NCBI GenBank assembly: GCA_010909165.1
Contig: MU008183.1
Coordinates: 930,001-994,000 of the forward strand
DNA: 64,000 nucleotides
Direction: 5' to 3'
Origin: Anthoceros angustus
Taxonomy: Eukaryota > Plantae > Anthocerotophyta
Positions 1 through 12,650 of this stretch are shown one piece after another. The notes below the pieces were generated by a model. The model ran no database searches. It was not told where the DNA came from and was given only the letters and a program-made list of their open reading frames with translations. The position numbers were made by a program, and so were the translations under genes. The number at the start of each line of letters is the position of its first letter. Positions within the stretch are counted from its first letter, which is position 1.

Positions 1-2200
1 GTTCTGCTTGCGCCCGGGCGTCCTCTGCTTCCTGCTGCGCTACGCCCCTCTGCCTGCAGAGGTCCTCCGCCCGCGCTTGGGCCTCCTTGGCCTGCTTCAG
101 CTGTTCCTCCAGCTGAAGGAATTTGGTCCGGTCCTTGCGGATGGACCAGACCTCCCTCTCCGCCTCCCGGCGTTTTCCTTCCTCAATCCGGCCGAGAGCT
201 TCGGCCTTCCTTCTCGCCTCCTGGGCTCCCTCCAACTGCTCCTGGAGGAGCACCATGCGCCTCCGGGTGGCTTCTACCTCCTGGGTCTTCTCGGCCATCC
301 CGGACCCAGGCATACCGTCCATGGCGGTAGCAGGACCGCCGTGTTTCTTCCACGGCTGGCAGTGAGGCTCCCACAAAGTCCGTGCGGGGCGGCATCTCCG
401 TCCGTCAAGGACCTCCATACATGATCGGAGCAAGTCGGTGGGTTCTCCGGACAATCGGGACCCTTAGGTCACGAGTCTGCTCGGGCTTCCCCTCCTTGGC
501 CCTTTTGGCGAGCTCCTTCTCCGCCCTTTTCTCCACAGGGCTCGGCGGAGGTGATGGAGTCAGCCCTTTGCCCCTTTCACAGCCGGCAGGCCGGCTCTGG
601 ATCTGCTGCGGTGTCCTCCTGCTCACAGGCGGCGTCCCTTTCGCCCTCCTTCGCTTCCTCCGCTTCTTGCCACTCCGTCGGCGGGGAAATCGTGAGCGTT
701 GGTAGTGGTCTTGCGTCTCTTGGCTCTCTGGTCGGAGGCTCCTCGGTAGGAGTGATGGCCGTGGGCGGCTCGGGCCCTTCTCTTGGGTGGTTGGGGCACG
801 GAAGGAGGGATTGCTTCCATACTTCCACAGGTGGTGAGGGGTCCGTTCAGGCGTATGGAGTCAGGAATCCTCCCGATCGTCCTCCTCCGAGTCCGTTTGG
901 TTTTGACGCCGGCCTCCTCCCTCACGGCGCCCTTGCCGCTCCACTTGCGGGGCCTCGGTCCTTTCCGGGCGCTCGCTCAAGCTCTCCTTCCTTGAAATGC
1001 CCCCATACATGGATCGGTATGGGGGCCAGAATGGCGAGGCTTCTCGGTCTGAGCTTGCGAGCTCTGGCTAAGCAGGCGAGATAATCCTTCCCAGTCGCCC
1101 TCTTCCCTCAGCGCATGCGGGAACACCAATAGATTATCACCAAGGTGATCCACCTTGGTGAGTAGGTTCCGATGGACGATGATCCGGGCCCACGACTCGG
1201 CAGCAGGTCGGATATCGACCAACGTTGGTGGTTGCGTCGAGCCTTAGCGCCGCTGGCGCGACCTATCTTCCCCTTCGCCTTGAGGGGCTCGGCACCCTCC
1301 CCTCTTCCTCCTTGGGCGGTTGTAGGCCGCCTCGGGACCTCAAGGTCCATCGCCTTGGGTCCTCTCGGAGGTTCTTGGACCGCACCTCCTTGTTGACCGC
1401 CGCCGGCATCTTGGGCAAACTCCGGACGGTGACATCAAATGTCGAGACCATTTGGAACACATCCAAATGCCACTCCCACCAATTCTCGCTTCGGGCGAGC
1501 CCAAAGTCGGATAGCGCGGGTCACAATGTTGCGCTCCACAAGGTTCCATGGCTCCCAAACTTCCGCGGGCTTTTGGGTGCCATCGCCTTCTTCTCCCTTG
1601 GTTCTGTCGCCGCTTGTCGAGGCTGGCACGTTGAGCCTCCCCTTGGCGTTCGCTCCGACCTCAGCGGTGAGCCGCGCGTCGAGTGTCCACGAGATACCGC
1701 GAGAGCGGTGCGGGCGCAAGATCGCGAGTGTCTCGAGGCTGCGTGAAATGACCTTCTTCGCGACGCCATGGGCGGGGCGCCTCTTCACATCGTGCGCCAG
1801 TGCGCATGGCTTACTGCGCTCTGCCGCGTACTCGGCCTTACTCGCGTGCACTGCGGCCCCTCGCGCGCGGCCCGGGCGTGAATACACTGCCTCCAGCAAG
1901 TTCACGGTCGACCGCATGCCGTCCTCCACTCGGGTCGTCACGTGGCGTCGCCCGTCCGTCCCACGTTCAACTTCTAAGTTACTTTCCTGGCGTACTTATC
2001 ACACGGTCACAGGTGGTCGGTCTTACCCGTCGCGCCATCGTAGGTCTAAAATCGTTCCTCACTCCGGTCGGAGTATACTCGGTGCCGTCGAGTGCTAAGG
2101 GCTTATTTCCTCCTTTTAGCCTCATTTTATCCTTCTCCCACAAAAACAAAATCCTACCTAATTTCTAACCCCCGAAATCGTGATCCACACTCACACCCTC
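1..2200 (-). mobile_element. Degenerate retroelement-associated coiled-coil ORF (inverted paralogue of 12650-16772), truncated by window start
   Basis: Minus-strand fragments (KPAEVWEPWNLVERNIVTR, IIVHRNLLTKVDHLGDNLLVF, AVEETRR) are colinear with plus-strand fragments at 13.3-15.1 kb (KAAEVWEP, IIVHWNMLTKVHHLGDNLLVF, AVEETRR); many frameshifts. Confidence 0.6.
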
Positions 2201-5200
2201 CCCTTGAACAAGAGCGCCCAGCTTCAGCCTCTCCCGAAAACACGACGGCAAAAGAATGACCTACTCCAGAACCGAGTACGCTTATATGAACCCCGGAAAA
2301 CCCTACATTGTTCTCGCTCATCAAAACCCTACATTCTCACCCGAACCACATTTGAAAATTCAGAACCTAAAATCCCGAGGCAGTAATGGTCGAACACTAT
2401 CTAGGTTAGCGATTGGATTGCTTACATGCCGCCCCCTCCACCCCAAACCTAGGTTTCTTGTTCCAAACCTAGCCGACCTTCACCATACCTAGACCCGCCT
2501 CGAAACCTAATCTCCAAACCCCAAAGCGGCGGGCGTAACCCTTAACCCAAACCTGCGGGCCACCGAATCACAATGCCACGTACACACACGGCCTTGAACC
2601 ATCCAGAACCCTAACACCTCATAAACAACATAAGCAGTGCACAAGTCGCGCTGCCATGGCGCCCACCATCGGCATCATTCCTCACGCTCGCGTACATTTT
2701 CGATCGGCTCGCGGTGCGAGTCGGCTCTGGGTACAGGTTTAGGAGTCGCGTTCAAGAAGTTTCAGGCCGCTTCACGCCTCACCTCTCAGCAACTTTCTGA
2801 TGCATTGTCATCTTGGCGTCTCTAGGAGGGTTCTTGCATCCTGAGTGGCGCTGTCTTCACGATCAGAGATCCTCCTCCCCACCACGCCTTCACTGCCCAA
2901 GTCTTTTAGCTGAAGGTCCTTTTAGCGGGAGAGTCCTAGCCGCGACAGGTGAGAAGACTTTGAAAAGCTTGTTTTGAGAAGGTTGGGTGAAGGCGACCAA
3001 GTTCTGAACAAGTTCTGTTTCTTTTGTTTCTCATTCGTCTTTTGTTTACGATCTACCTGCGAGTCTCTATCATCAAGTTTACATGCGCTTCGGGAGTTAG
3101 TTTCGCAGAACATCACCTTGGTTCGCGGTTCTCACCTGTTGCACATGATCTAATCTTGTGCGAACCTTCTTAGGAGGAACAAACCGGGTCCAGTGCGTCG
3201 TGCACATGTTGAGCTTGCATGCTTAGGTGATATCCTGGCCAGGTTTATGTGCATGTTTGATCCATCTCCTGATGGCCGATCTGGTGTGCGAGGCAAAGAA
3301 AGAAGTGTTTGGCGCTATGGCAAGTGCGTATCGTCAAGGTAAGATCGGGACCGAAGCCTTCCTTCTTGTCTGTGGCAGTTTGTGTCCACGAGGTTTCTTA
3401 TGCGGCCTCTTGCATCTTTTGCGGTGGTACACTGCGTGAATCATTAACAAGTGTTTACCAGACTTCTGTCTTTTAAGTGGAACCCGCTTGTATGCGGAGT
3501 GCTGCACTTGTGTGTGCATATTTTGTGCCATTTTGATCCTGTTCACGCTGGTCCATTACTTGAACGATCACACATTTCGAAAAATGGTTGCTTTGCATAG
3601 CCGTCACGCCAAAGACACCTTGATCAGATTTCGTGTTAATAAGTGAAGGTGAAGGGGTGTTCGTGTCCCCACGTGCCCTTATAGCCGCCTCGCCGTGAAG
3701 GTAAAAAAGAGACATACGTGAAAGCGTTTTTTGTTGTACGCAACTTATCACACAAGGTTTATTGTTCTTGCGCCGTCTTTTCAAGGCAAAATGTGTATCG
3801 ATGCTTGGTCTATATTGCGTGTATCTCAGTATAAATTAATGTGTGTTTGCACTGCTATCGTGTTTGCGATGCAATAGTCTTGGTAGTGCAATACTTAGTT
3901 GTGCGACGCCTGTTGGTCGTGATTCGAGGTCCGCTGGCATTCATCCAAATGGGTAGTAGGCAAGTGTGTAATTTACATGTTAATCAATCTTGTGATTAGA
4001 GCCCGATGTAAACTAAAAGTTGGCGTACAGAGGGCAAGCAGGGTGCTGAAGAAAAAGGCGCTCACTGCACTAACAAAGAGAACACGCAAGTGGGCACGCT
4101 TAACATTTTCCGTTCCTTTTGTAGGAATGCATGACGGTTACAACCGAAAACTTGGTAGTATCAATTTGTTTTAAACGCCCGTATAAGTGACGGTACGCGA
4201 GATCCAAGATACGGCATGATCGCATGATCCAACACAGCAGCTGAAGGTATGCGGCATGCACACCACATGCCGCGATCACGCTTGAAACGCACGCAAGAGT
4301 AAAATCGCTATCACCACATGGTGATAGCATCCCTGGTGATACCATGCGTTCCTCACATACAATATTCATGCGCGTGATAAGGTTCAAAGCATGCTCTAGC
4401 AAGTAAAGATCGAGCATGCCGCAGGAACTCCGTAGATATTTCCAAAAGTTCAAGTTTGATCGCTGGACTTGTCGATCGCTTTTATTTTGAATGGCATCCA
4501 GAATGAGAGCAACGATGAAATGGTCGACATCCAAGAAGGTAATGATCATTTCTGCCTACGCCGCCAAATCCATTTTGGTTGATGAATCCATGGCTAAATG
4601 ACGCTTTTCCGTAAAGCGACCACAATAGTAGACCAACAAACCTTAACAGCTGGCGATCGAACGACCATGTTCCCACCCATGGGGATCCAGGATATGATGA
4701 CAGTCAAGTTCAAATCCTCTCATTGAGATACGAAGATAGTTGAGAAAGGTATACATTACAATTATCTCAATTGAATCTCCAACATTTCTAACTCGATATC
4801 TTTTGTTACAAGAACCGAGCACACTATGTTCACATCAATGGACAAAAAGGACTTGACTCCTTTGCGGTGCACCTTTTGGAAAAAATTAAAAGGTAAAGAC
4901 TTGGTTCTGCAACTTTCTCTAGAACTATACAACAACAATATAGGTATCTGAGACTTACTACGGTTGTATATGCCCACAGGATATTAAGAAGAATCTCCGA
5001 ACAACAGCTCAATTAGAGTTGGAAACAATGACTACGAGGTTTAATGGACATCGATCTCAATCGATCGATTTTAGAGGTAAACAACAAACTTTCGTATTAT
5101 ATGTATTTGTTTACATCTAATAATTTTTACAGTCTTCTTTGAGCAATCTGCTGACTAAGAATTAAGGAAAATAAAGCAATGGATGACAAAATCAACAACT

Positions 5201-7102
5201 ACGACCTCTCATCGGGTAATTAGTATTTTATATTTGTAATTAGTAATTAGTATATTTGTAATTAGTATTTGATTTACTAATTACTATTTTTCAAAGGACA
5301 AAAAGGAAAAAAAAAGTCAGTCGAAGATAATGCACCAACGTATGGACCATCAAAAGGAATTTGTTGACTTTGGAAAATGGATGGATAACTTTCGGTATCC
5401 ACAAGTCTTCCAAGATTTTAAAATAGATATGTTCCCATTTGGGAACATAGCCTCAGATCAGTAGCGTAATCCAATGAAGATGGGTCGGCACCAACACTAG
5501 AGCAGTACATGGAGATCCAAAAAAGTAAGTGTATCCGGTTTATATTGTTTATAACAGTTTATTTGAATCAGTTTATGTAGTATTAATGAGATATTTTGTG
5601 TTTTGGTAATGTAGAAATATCAGCAGCTATTGAGAATAAGGAGCTAAAAACCACAGACTTGTTGCTCCTCATGGAAGATCCGGAAACTACGAAAAACATT
5701 CAAAAGGTTGGTTCACCGTGACATTTCCTGCAAGTAAACAAGGAAAATACTAATATTGGTATTTTCTAAATATGCAAATTCTAAGGTTGATGTCTCTTTG
5801 CAGAACGTGCAATCACATTTCCGCAGTGTGGGAAATCTTCACAGTCATTGCTTAACATTAGTGAGAAAGGTATTTACCGAACAGGATCTACTTCGGCTTG
5901 AGATGGAGGTAAAATATTAACTCCTTTTCTAGTTATCGAAGAATCAAAAGGAGTTGTTTGCACTGTTTGAGGTTAGTATATCATATTTAGTGGTGAAATT
6001 ATATGCGATGTCGACATTTACCATTGCTGCGAAATATTCCGTTTGGGCGAAATTTTTGAAATGATTAACTTTCTGGACCGTCTGATAATGAACAAAGAAA
6101 GTATTATTAAAGGCGAGCGGATCCGAAATCGCGGTGTACACCCCTTCAACGCAGTGGAAGAAAGCGTTAGAAAAATAAATCCCAAAAGCGTGAAAAGAAG
6201 CGTGGCGGTGAAAGTGAAAACTCTGAAGTGCGAAAGTGAAAACTCTGAAAGAGAGAGAAAAAAGACTTCTAACCTGGTTGGACAGGGCAACAATACTAAA
6301 AATGGTCACAGACCTCGGCTATCGCCTCGATGCAATTCGAGTGGTTGCAGCGTCGTGACCTCGGCCTGCTCCCTTCGCCGAGAGCGAGCGCGTCGGGCGC
6401 GGCGGAAGCGGTCTCGGCCTGCGGCCTCGGCGGATTACCCGGCCGTCTTCCTAAACGTCATCCGTTCCTATCATGCTTCTTGATGTCAAGGCGTGCAAAA
6501 AATGGGCTCACAAAGGCGAGGTAGCATCGCGGTGCGCGCCCATCACACCTAATTACAAAGGTGTTCAAAAAGGCCTAAGGCTCTCGAACAAGTTTACGAG
6601 CTCGTTTGCAGCAGCTCCTGTCAATCACAACCTCAATTCAATCATAGATCTCACAAGTGCATACAAACACAGTTAATGAGACTGCAAATTAGCTTTACGG
6701 CCTTATCATCTAGTAGATATCAAACAATGCACTTAGTTTTCCCCATGGCAGCCCTTTTCATCCTACGTCTATATCTATGTATTGCGCCTCCATCTCAATC
6801 TAATCGTCACTCTTGGTCACATTGATGATCAAGCGACTCAAAATCATCTTAGTACTTAACTTTTTTCCAGGGGTTGGGCCTCCTTTACTCTAGGGCCTCC
6901 TTTACTCTAACCGTGAAGCCTTATGCCTACTATCTATGCACCATGGGGCATAAGCATGCATCCATGCTTATGCATGTATAGCCATGCCCACTTCCCTCAT
7001 GAGTTCGACAGCTTATGTTGGCATATGTCACTTATCCATCACATATATATAGTCGTCTACTTCCCATTTACCAAAGTCATGTTATCTTCCTACATGTATT
7101 AT

Positions 7103-7289
7103 TGTGGGGACCCTCCCGAGAGCATCGGGATGGCAGGCCTGATGCTAAGCGTGCAAGAGGTGAAGAGCACCGAGCAAAAAGTAATGGCGACTAACTTAAA
7201 AACAAACAATAGAGTACATATATACAATAGGGGTAGTCAACCCTAAATGAAGTATGTTTAATTAACCCTAAGAGGTTATATATCTAACA
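7103..7289 (-). repeat. 3' LTR of copia element
   Basis: TGTGGGGACCCTC...TATATCTAACA; last ~110 bp almost identical to 11092-11272. Confidence 0.9.
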
Positions 7290-10200
7290 CTCCGACTTAA
7301 CCTCGAACGGGTTAAAGTAAGAAGCCCTAAGTAAGAAACCGGAAAGCATTGCCAGCTGCAAAAAGCGTTATCAAGCATGCGATCTTCTCGAGTTCAGCAA
7401 CCTAAGCTTGGCGTCGCAATCCCGAGCTCATCACCATGATAGAACCAGAAGAAGGTTTACCGATGTTGGCCGAAAACCGTCATTAGCCGTTGCGCCTATT
7501 CCACAGTGCGGCTACATTATCCTCTGCATCCCCACGCTTGCTAGGACCATCTCCTCAATCACCAAGATGGTGAGAACTTGAATATACTGACCCGGGCAAG
7601 ACCGGCCCGAGCAAGAGGCAGCCGGCGGAGAGAGGCAGTGAAAACCGGCGTGACTCAAGGTGACGGAACGCCATACGCGAAGAAGGCGGCCCGGCCAACA
7701 ACTCGAGCACGGAACAACTCGTATACTACCTGATAAAGGTGGATGAAAAATGCCAGCAGCTAGAGCAACAACTAGAGGATGCCAGGCTGAGTGCGGCCCG
7801 GCTACTTCGCTTCCGCAGTTGCAAGAGCTGAGGGTGACGAGAGACCTAACGGCCGTGTTAAGCGAGTTCGAGAGTTCGTGAGGATACAGCACAAGCATAG
7901 GATGAAACCTGGCGAGGCCGAGGCGGTAATGAAGAGGAGAAGGGAGCGAGGAAGATCCAGGTTCGGGGACTGGGGACTCTGATAAAGGAGTATGAAGGTA
8001 GGAAACTTTACAGATTCACTAGCTCGCTCTTGATTAGACAAGCTGAGCGGGAGTATTCTCCCACTTACGGTAAAATGGCTAACGTGTGCGAGGAATAGAG
8101 GTACGCAAAAGTAGGGCTGCTTAGAAGTTGTGAAGCTCACTGAACACTAAAGGTCTCAGCTCTTGTAAGCAACATTTCTGCCTTATGCAGTAAAGTGGGT
8201 AGAGAAGTTCATGAGCCCTAAGCCTTCTACGTGTGCGTCATGCTTGTGTCTGGGAAGGGCCTTAGTGAGGATATCAGTTGTGTTTGCATCGATGTGGACA
8301 TAGGTGGGGAGAGCCACACCCCTTGATTTGACTGCAGAAAGGCTCTTACGCGAGTCGGAGTCAGAAGCCCAGTCGGCGTCAGCAAAGCCATGTAAGGTAG
8401 GAGCTGAACCAGTTCGCTTGTAGCATAAACCTAAGTGAGGTGTGACTCTCAAATATCTGAAAATTCGCTTAATCTTGTCCAATGGATTGCGTTGCGCGGC
8501 ACTCAAGGAATTGGGAGGCGATTGATGAAGGTGATATCGGGACAGTCCAGCTAACAAAAGAAGGCAAGTGTATGATGCAAGCAACTGTTGTTTTGTTACG
8601 GGAGGCGGTGTGTGAGGAAATGGTGTTTCGCGCTACTTTGCCAACGCGCAAATCTCACATATAGGGAGCTCCTTAAAGCATGAGGGCAAGGGCTTTCTGT
8701 AGCATTCCTGTCTAGAAGATGCAAGAAGTTTAGCCTTGTTAGCATGGCCTAGGCGTGCATGCCACAGCCTGGCCATTTGTGCAGTTGTTAGACTACCAAG
8801 AGTTGTTGAGTAGGCCTGTTCTCGCCGTGTACAAGAGATATCCAGATGATACAATTCTGATTCAAGGAAGGCCTTGAAGATACAAGTGGCAGGGGAGCTA
8901 CGTCGAGAGAAACAGATAAAACATCAGGTAAGACGAACACTGTATTGTCATGCAGGAGAAATTTGCAGGTACCTGAGCCCAAGATACTCAAGCTAGTGGC
9001 ACTACTCTCATCACCTAGATAAACTTTCTCTGAGACAGAGGAAAGGGTCAGACAAGTAAAGAGAGACTCATCCCGACAAATGTGCGCTGTTGCACCACTG
9101 TCCAGGTACCAGCTATCAGCCTCACTCGCTAGAGTATTTAGACAGATGGTCATAATCTTCACCACTGGCTTGCCTGAATTTTTTGTTGAGAAATCCACTA
9201 AGTGCTTATCTTTGGGTTGTTGGGTTGTTGAGTTCGCAGCTGCAGGTCGAGGTGCTACCCGCTGAGGTTCACCGGCCTTCTTCTTGCGATATTCTCGAGC
9301 CCAATGTCCAGGTAACCCGCACCAATTGCAATTACCTTGACGTTTCTGCGTGTTTGATGAAGAGCTCTGGCCACCAGTATTGGAGGGGCGTTGAGACTGA
9401 TTTCTCCCACGGCCCCGGCCTCTGCCTCTCCATGCAGAAAAAGTTTTGATCTTATGTTGTCCTTGTCCTCCTCATATTAGCCGAGTCTGTTCCTCCTGAT
9501 AAAGAGCACCAATAACACCACTAAGAGTTGGTGTGTGTTGTCCAGCAGGGAAAGGTTGGCCAGGTGCTGGGATAGGGACATTCTGAGTGGTCACGAATGT
9601 CTGGTAGCTAGAGGGAAGACTGAGGAGAAATCATGGCACTGCATCGGTCTCTGAAATGGAGGTACCAAGGGACGCCAGCTGAGCACGTAAGTGCCGGAAT
9701 TTGCTCGCATGAGCAGAAACGGTGTCACCTTCTTTCATCCTCAGATTTATAAATTCTCCTCTAATTGCGCACATGGTCATCATGTTCTGGACCTGGTAAG
9801 TGCCAGCAAGTTGTTCCCATATCTCTTTGACTGAGTCCAGAAATTCAACCTCTGGAACAAGGTCAGAGTCTATGCTTGCAATTATTAGAGCCACAGCTAT
9901 GCTGTTCGAGGAATCCCACTTAATTTTCTGCCCTGGTGTGACAGCATCGCCTGGGATGGTGGGATTGGATGGTGTGCCTGGGTCTGGATACGTTCCATCC
10001 ACGACCCTCCAGACTCCACGAGCGACAAGTGTTGATTTCATTCGGACCTTCCAGATATCATATCGAGTACCATTAAATCGGTCTTTTTCTTTTAGATCTG
10101 CTATGAAGGATGGGGATATGGCGCCAGGTGGAGGAGGGGGCACAGGATTGGCCATAGCTGAGTCTACTAAAGGCTAGATCAAGGGGAAGCTATTCAGGTT

Positions 10201-11079
10201 AGCAAGAATTTCAGCTGAACTGTCATGTTGTTAATGAAACCCTAACTGACTTGTTTTTCTGATTAGGGCTTTTGAATTGTCTGTGAGGCAGGAAAGGTAA
10301 CTGTCATAACTACCTAATGAGGCATAGGAGGTAGGCAACAGGATCAAGAGATAGGGCATCTGAAATCGGCTGGGATGCCCCAAAATTACGGATGAAAGGG
10401 AGCACGACCTAATCATTTGTTCCCCTCTGCAAGGGAAATTTTCAGGTTGTTGATGCGTCAGGGCTAGGATGCCCTGCGCAATTCCCAGATCCAGTAGCGA
10501 CAACACCCATGGACTGCAGCAGCTGCGTAATGCTGTTTATTCCATGGTCAATATCATAAATACATTGATTAATGCTATGTTGTAGCCTTCTCTCTTGAGC
10601 ATGTAACGCCTCCAGAAAGAGATCCTGCCTGGAGCGTAATTGAGAAATTCCAACCTCGATTCGCTCAAATTCAATACAATTTCATTTTCCAGAGGAAAAT
10701 GCCTATTCTCCTTACGCAAATTTTGCAAATTATCCAAACCAGATATGTTCTCTTGAATTTTAGAATTTTTAAAACCTTTGTGAACAATCTGCCAGGTGCA
10801 AGGTGATGTATTTTCTGCTCTCTGAAAAATATATTCCAAATCGAGATCTTTCAATTGATTACGATTCTGCCTTTGCTCTTGAGCTTGCTTGTGCCAAAAT
10901 GCCCTGCGCTGAGTACGATATTCGTTGAGACAATCCTGACTCCAAGGACCTCAACAAGGTGGAGGAATCCACTGCACTCCTCGATGAGATTGCAATTGTT
11001 TCTCCCAAGGCAACAGTGCAGTAGCCACCTTCCTGCGAGGCATGGCAGCAAGCTCACAAGGGTCAGTATCTAACATCAA

Positions 11080-11091
11080 GCTCTGATACCA
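11080..11091 (-). promoter_or_regulatory. Primer binding site complementary to initiator tRNA-Met 3' end
   Basis: Minus strand reads TGGTATCAGAGC directly inside the 5' LTR. Confidence 0.92.
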
Positions 11092-11272
11092 TGACGAGGA
11101 CCCTCGAGCATCAGATAGCTAGCATGCTAAGCATGCAAGAGGGTGAAGAGCACCAGAACAAAAGTAATGGCAACTAAATTAAAAACAAACAATAGAGTAC
11201 ATATATACAATAGGGGTAGTCAACCCTAAATGAAGTATGTTTAATTAACCCTAAGAGGTTATATATCTGACA
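11092..11272 (-). repeat. 5' LTR of copia element
   Basis: TGACGAGGACCCTC...TATATCTGACA, direct repeat of 7103-7289, abuts PBS. Confidence 0.9.
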
Positions 11273-12074
11273 TATATATGGTGCGTCATGGCAGATTTAT
11301 GTCACCTATCCATCACACGTACATAGTCGTCTACTTCCCATTTTTAAAAGTCATGCTATCTTCCTACATATATATGGTGTGTCACGACAGACACATTTTC
11401 TCTAACTTGTTACTGAATGTGAGTCCTTGAGGTGCAACCCTCCCCCAAAGCTCAAGGTTTTTTGAAGTTGTCCATATAGCGCCCAACACGCTTGGACAAG
11501 TGCAATCTTAATTGCACATGAGAGCATAATGCTCTCTTGTGAGTTTTTGGAATTCGGTATTCCTTACAGGAGAAGTACAGGTCCCATAGGCACATTTACT
11601 GCTGCTCATATTGACAACTGCAAAGGACTGCACCATAGTTTCAATTTTAGGTGAAGAAGGATACAAGAAAAGGAGGATATAGCATGATAAAAGTGCTCTA
11701 GTTTGTCGACACTTCGTTAAAGAGAACCCATGAACTTGGAAACCTCGATTGCAAGGTCCAATTAGCGAGACTCAACTTACTCCGAGTTGCCATCACTTCG
11801 CGGCTGCATACGGTCCATTTCGGAACACGGGGGTTTTGCAATTGGGGTATTTAGCAAGTACCCAGAGTCGAGTTTTGGCAATCGGCCAACCTCTGGGTCC
11901 GAGTTTAATAGTGACATGCGCGTCATTGATTTTTTTTAAACAAGATGACGCATTCCAAGATTGATGCTCAAGATTGGGAGCAGAGTAGTTCTTCCTCATA
12001 ACGCTTCCCCATCGCTCCCTCTCAAGAGAGAGGAGTAGTTTTATGCCTCAAACGCTCTCAATATGTTAGCCATA

Positions 12075-12650
12075 TTGCAATACCAATTCAATTAGGCATA
12101 TGCTTAGACATGTTGGGCTATATTGGCAACGGCATCTGCAGCAATAGGATTTTGCAACAATAAGGCATCAATATTGACAGTGTGATCAATTTCACCCGAA
12201 CATGTATATTGGCACTAGAGTCCACATTAGATTTCTTCCTTGCATGGCCTTCTCCCGTTTAAAGACGTTCAATATTAGCAGAATTCACCACTAAGGGCTT
12301 CTGAGGACGAGTAGAAATTACAGATGATACTACCTTACCTCTAACCAACGCTCTAAACACGAAGGCTAATTCTACTATGCTCGCAAAGGAAGGTACTTGC
12401 TAAATGCGTAAGCACGTGGTGTGTGATAGGCGGCGTTAAAGAATCTAGGCAAGCATATCAATTCTGGTCATGCTTTTGAGGCAGGACAATATTTGTTGGG
12501 TGATTCAGGATATGTCACTGCCTCATACGTAATTGCTGCTTACAAGAATACTCGTGGCGATCAAAATAAGATATATTTTAACACCTGCATCGTCAAGGTT
12601 AGATACGTGAATGAGCATTGTATTAGAGTTTTGAAGTCTAGGTGGTATAG
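12075..12650 (+). pseudogene. PIF/Harbinger DDE transposase (DDE_Tnp_4-like) remnant
   Basis: Manual translation: IQLGICLDMLGYIGNG..WPS..GF*GRVEITDDT..YLLGDSGY..FNTCIVKVRYVNEHCIRVLKSRW, with stops and frameshifts. Confidence 0.8.

Larger units (their letters stand above)
7103..11272 (-). mobile_element. Ty1/copia LTR retrotransposon, internally deleted (non-autonomous)
   Basis: Two ~185-bp TG..CA LTRs; PBS; gag (UBN2-like, 9631-10155), degenerate zinc knuckle CNWCGLPGHWAREY (~9260-9335), protease WYLDSGATAHIC, GAG-pre-integrase LWHARLGH..CEIC, RT tail/RNase H KRIFRYL..FADADWA..DILTKAL. Confidence 0.92.

Noticed and set aside
2440-2620. AACCCTAA/AAACCTA motifs as interstitial telomere
   Set aside because: Scattered single motifs, not a tandem array.
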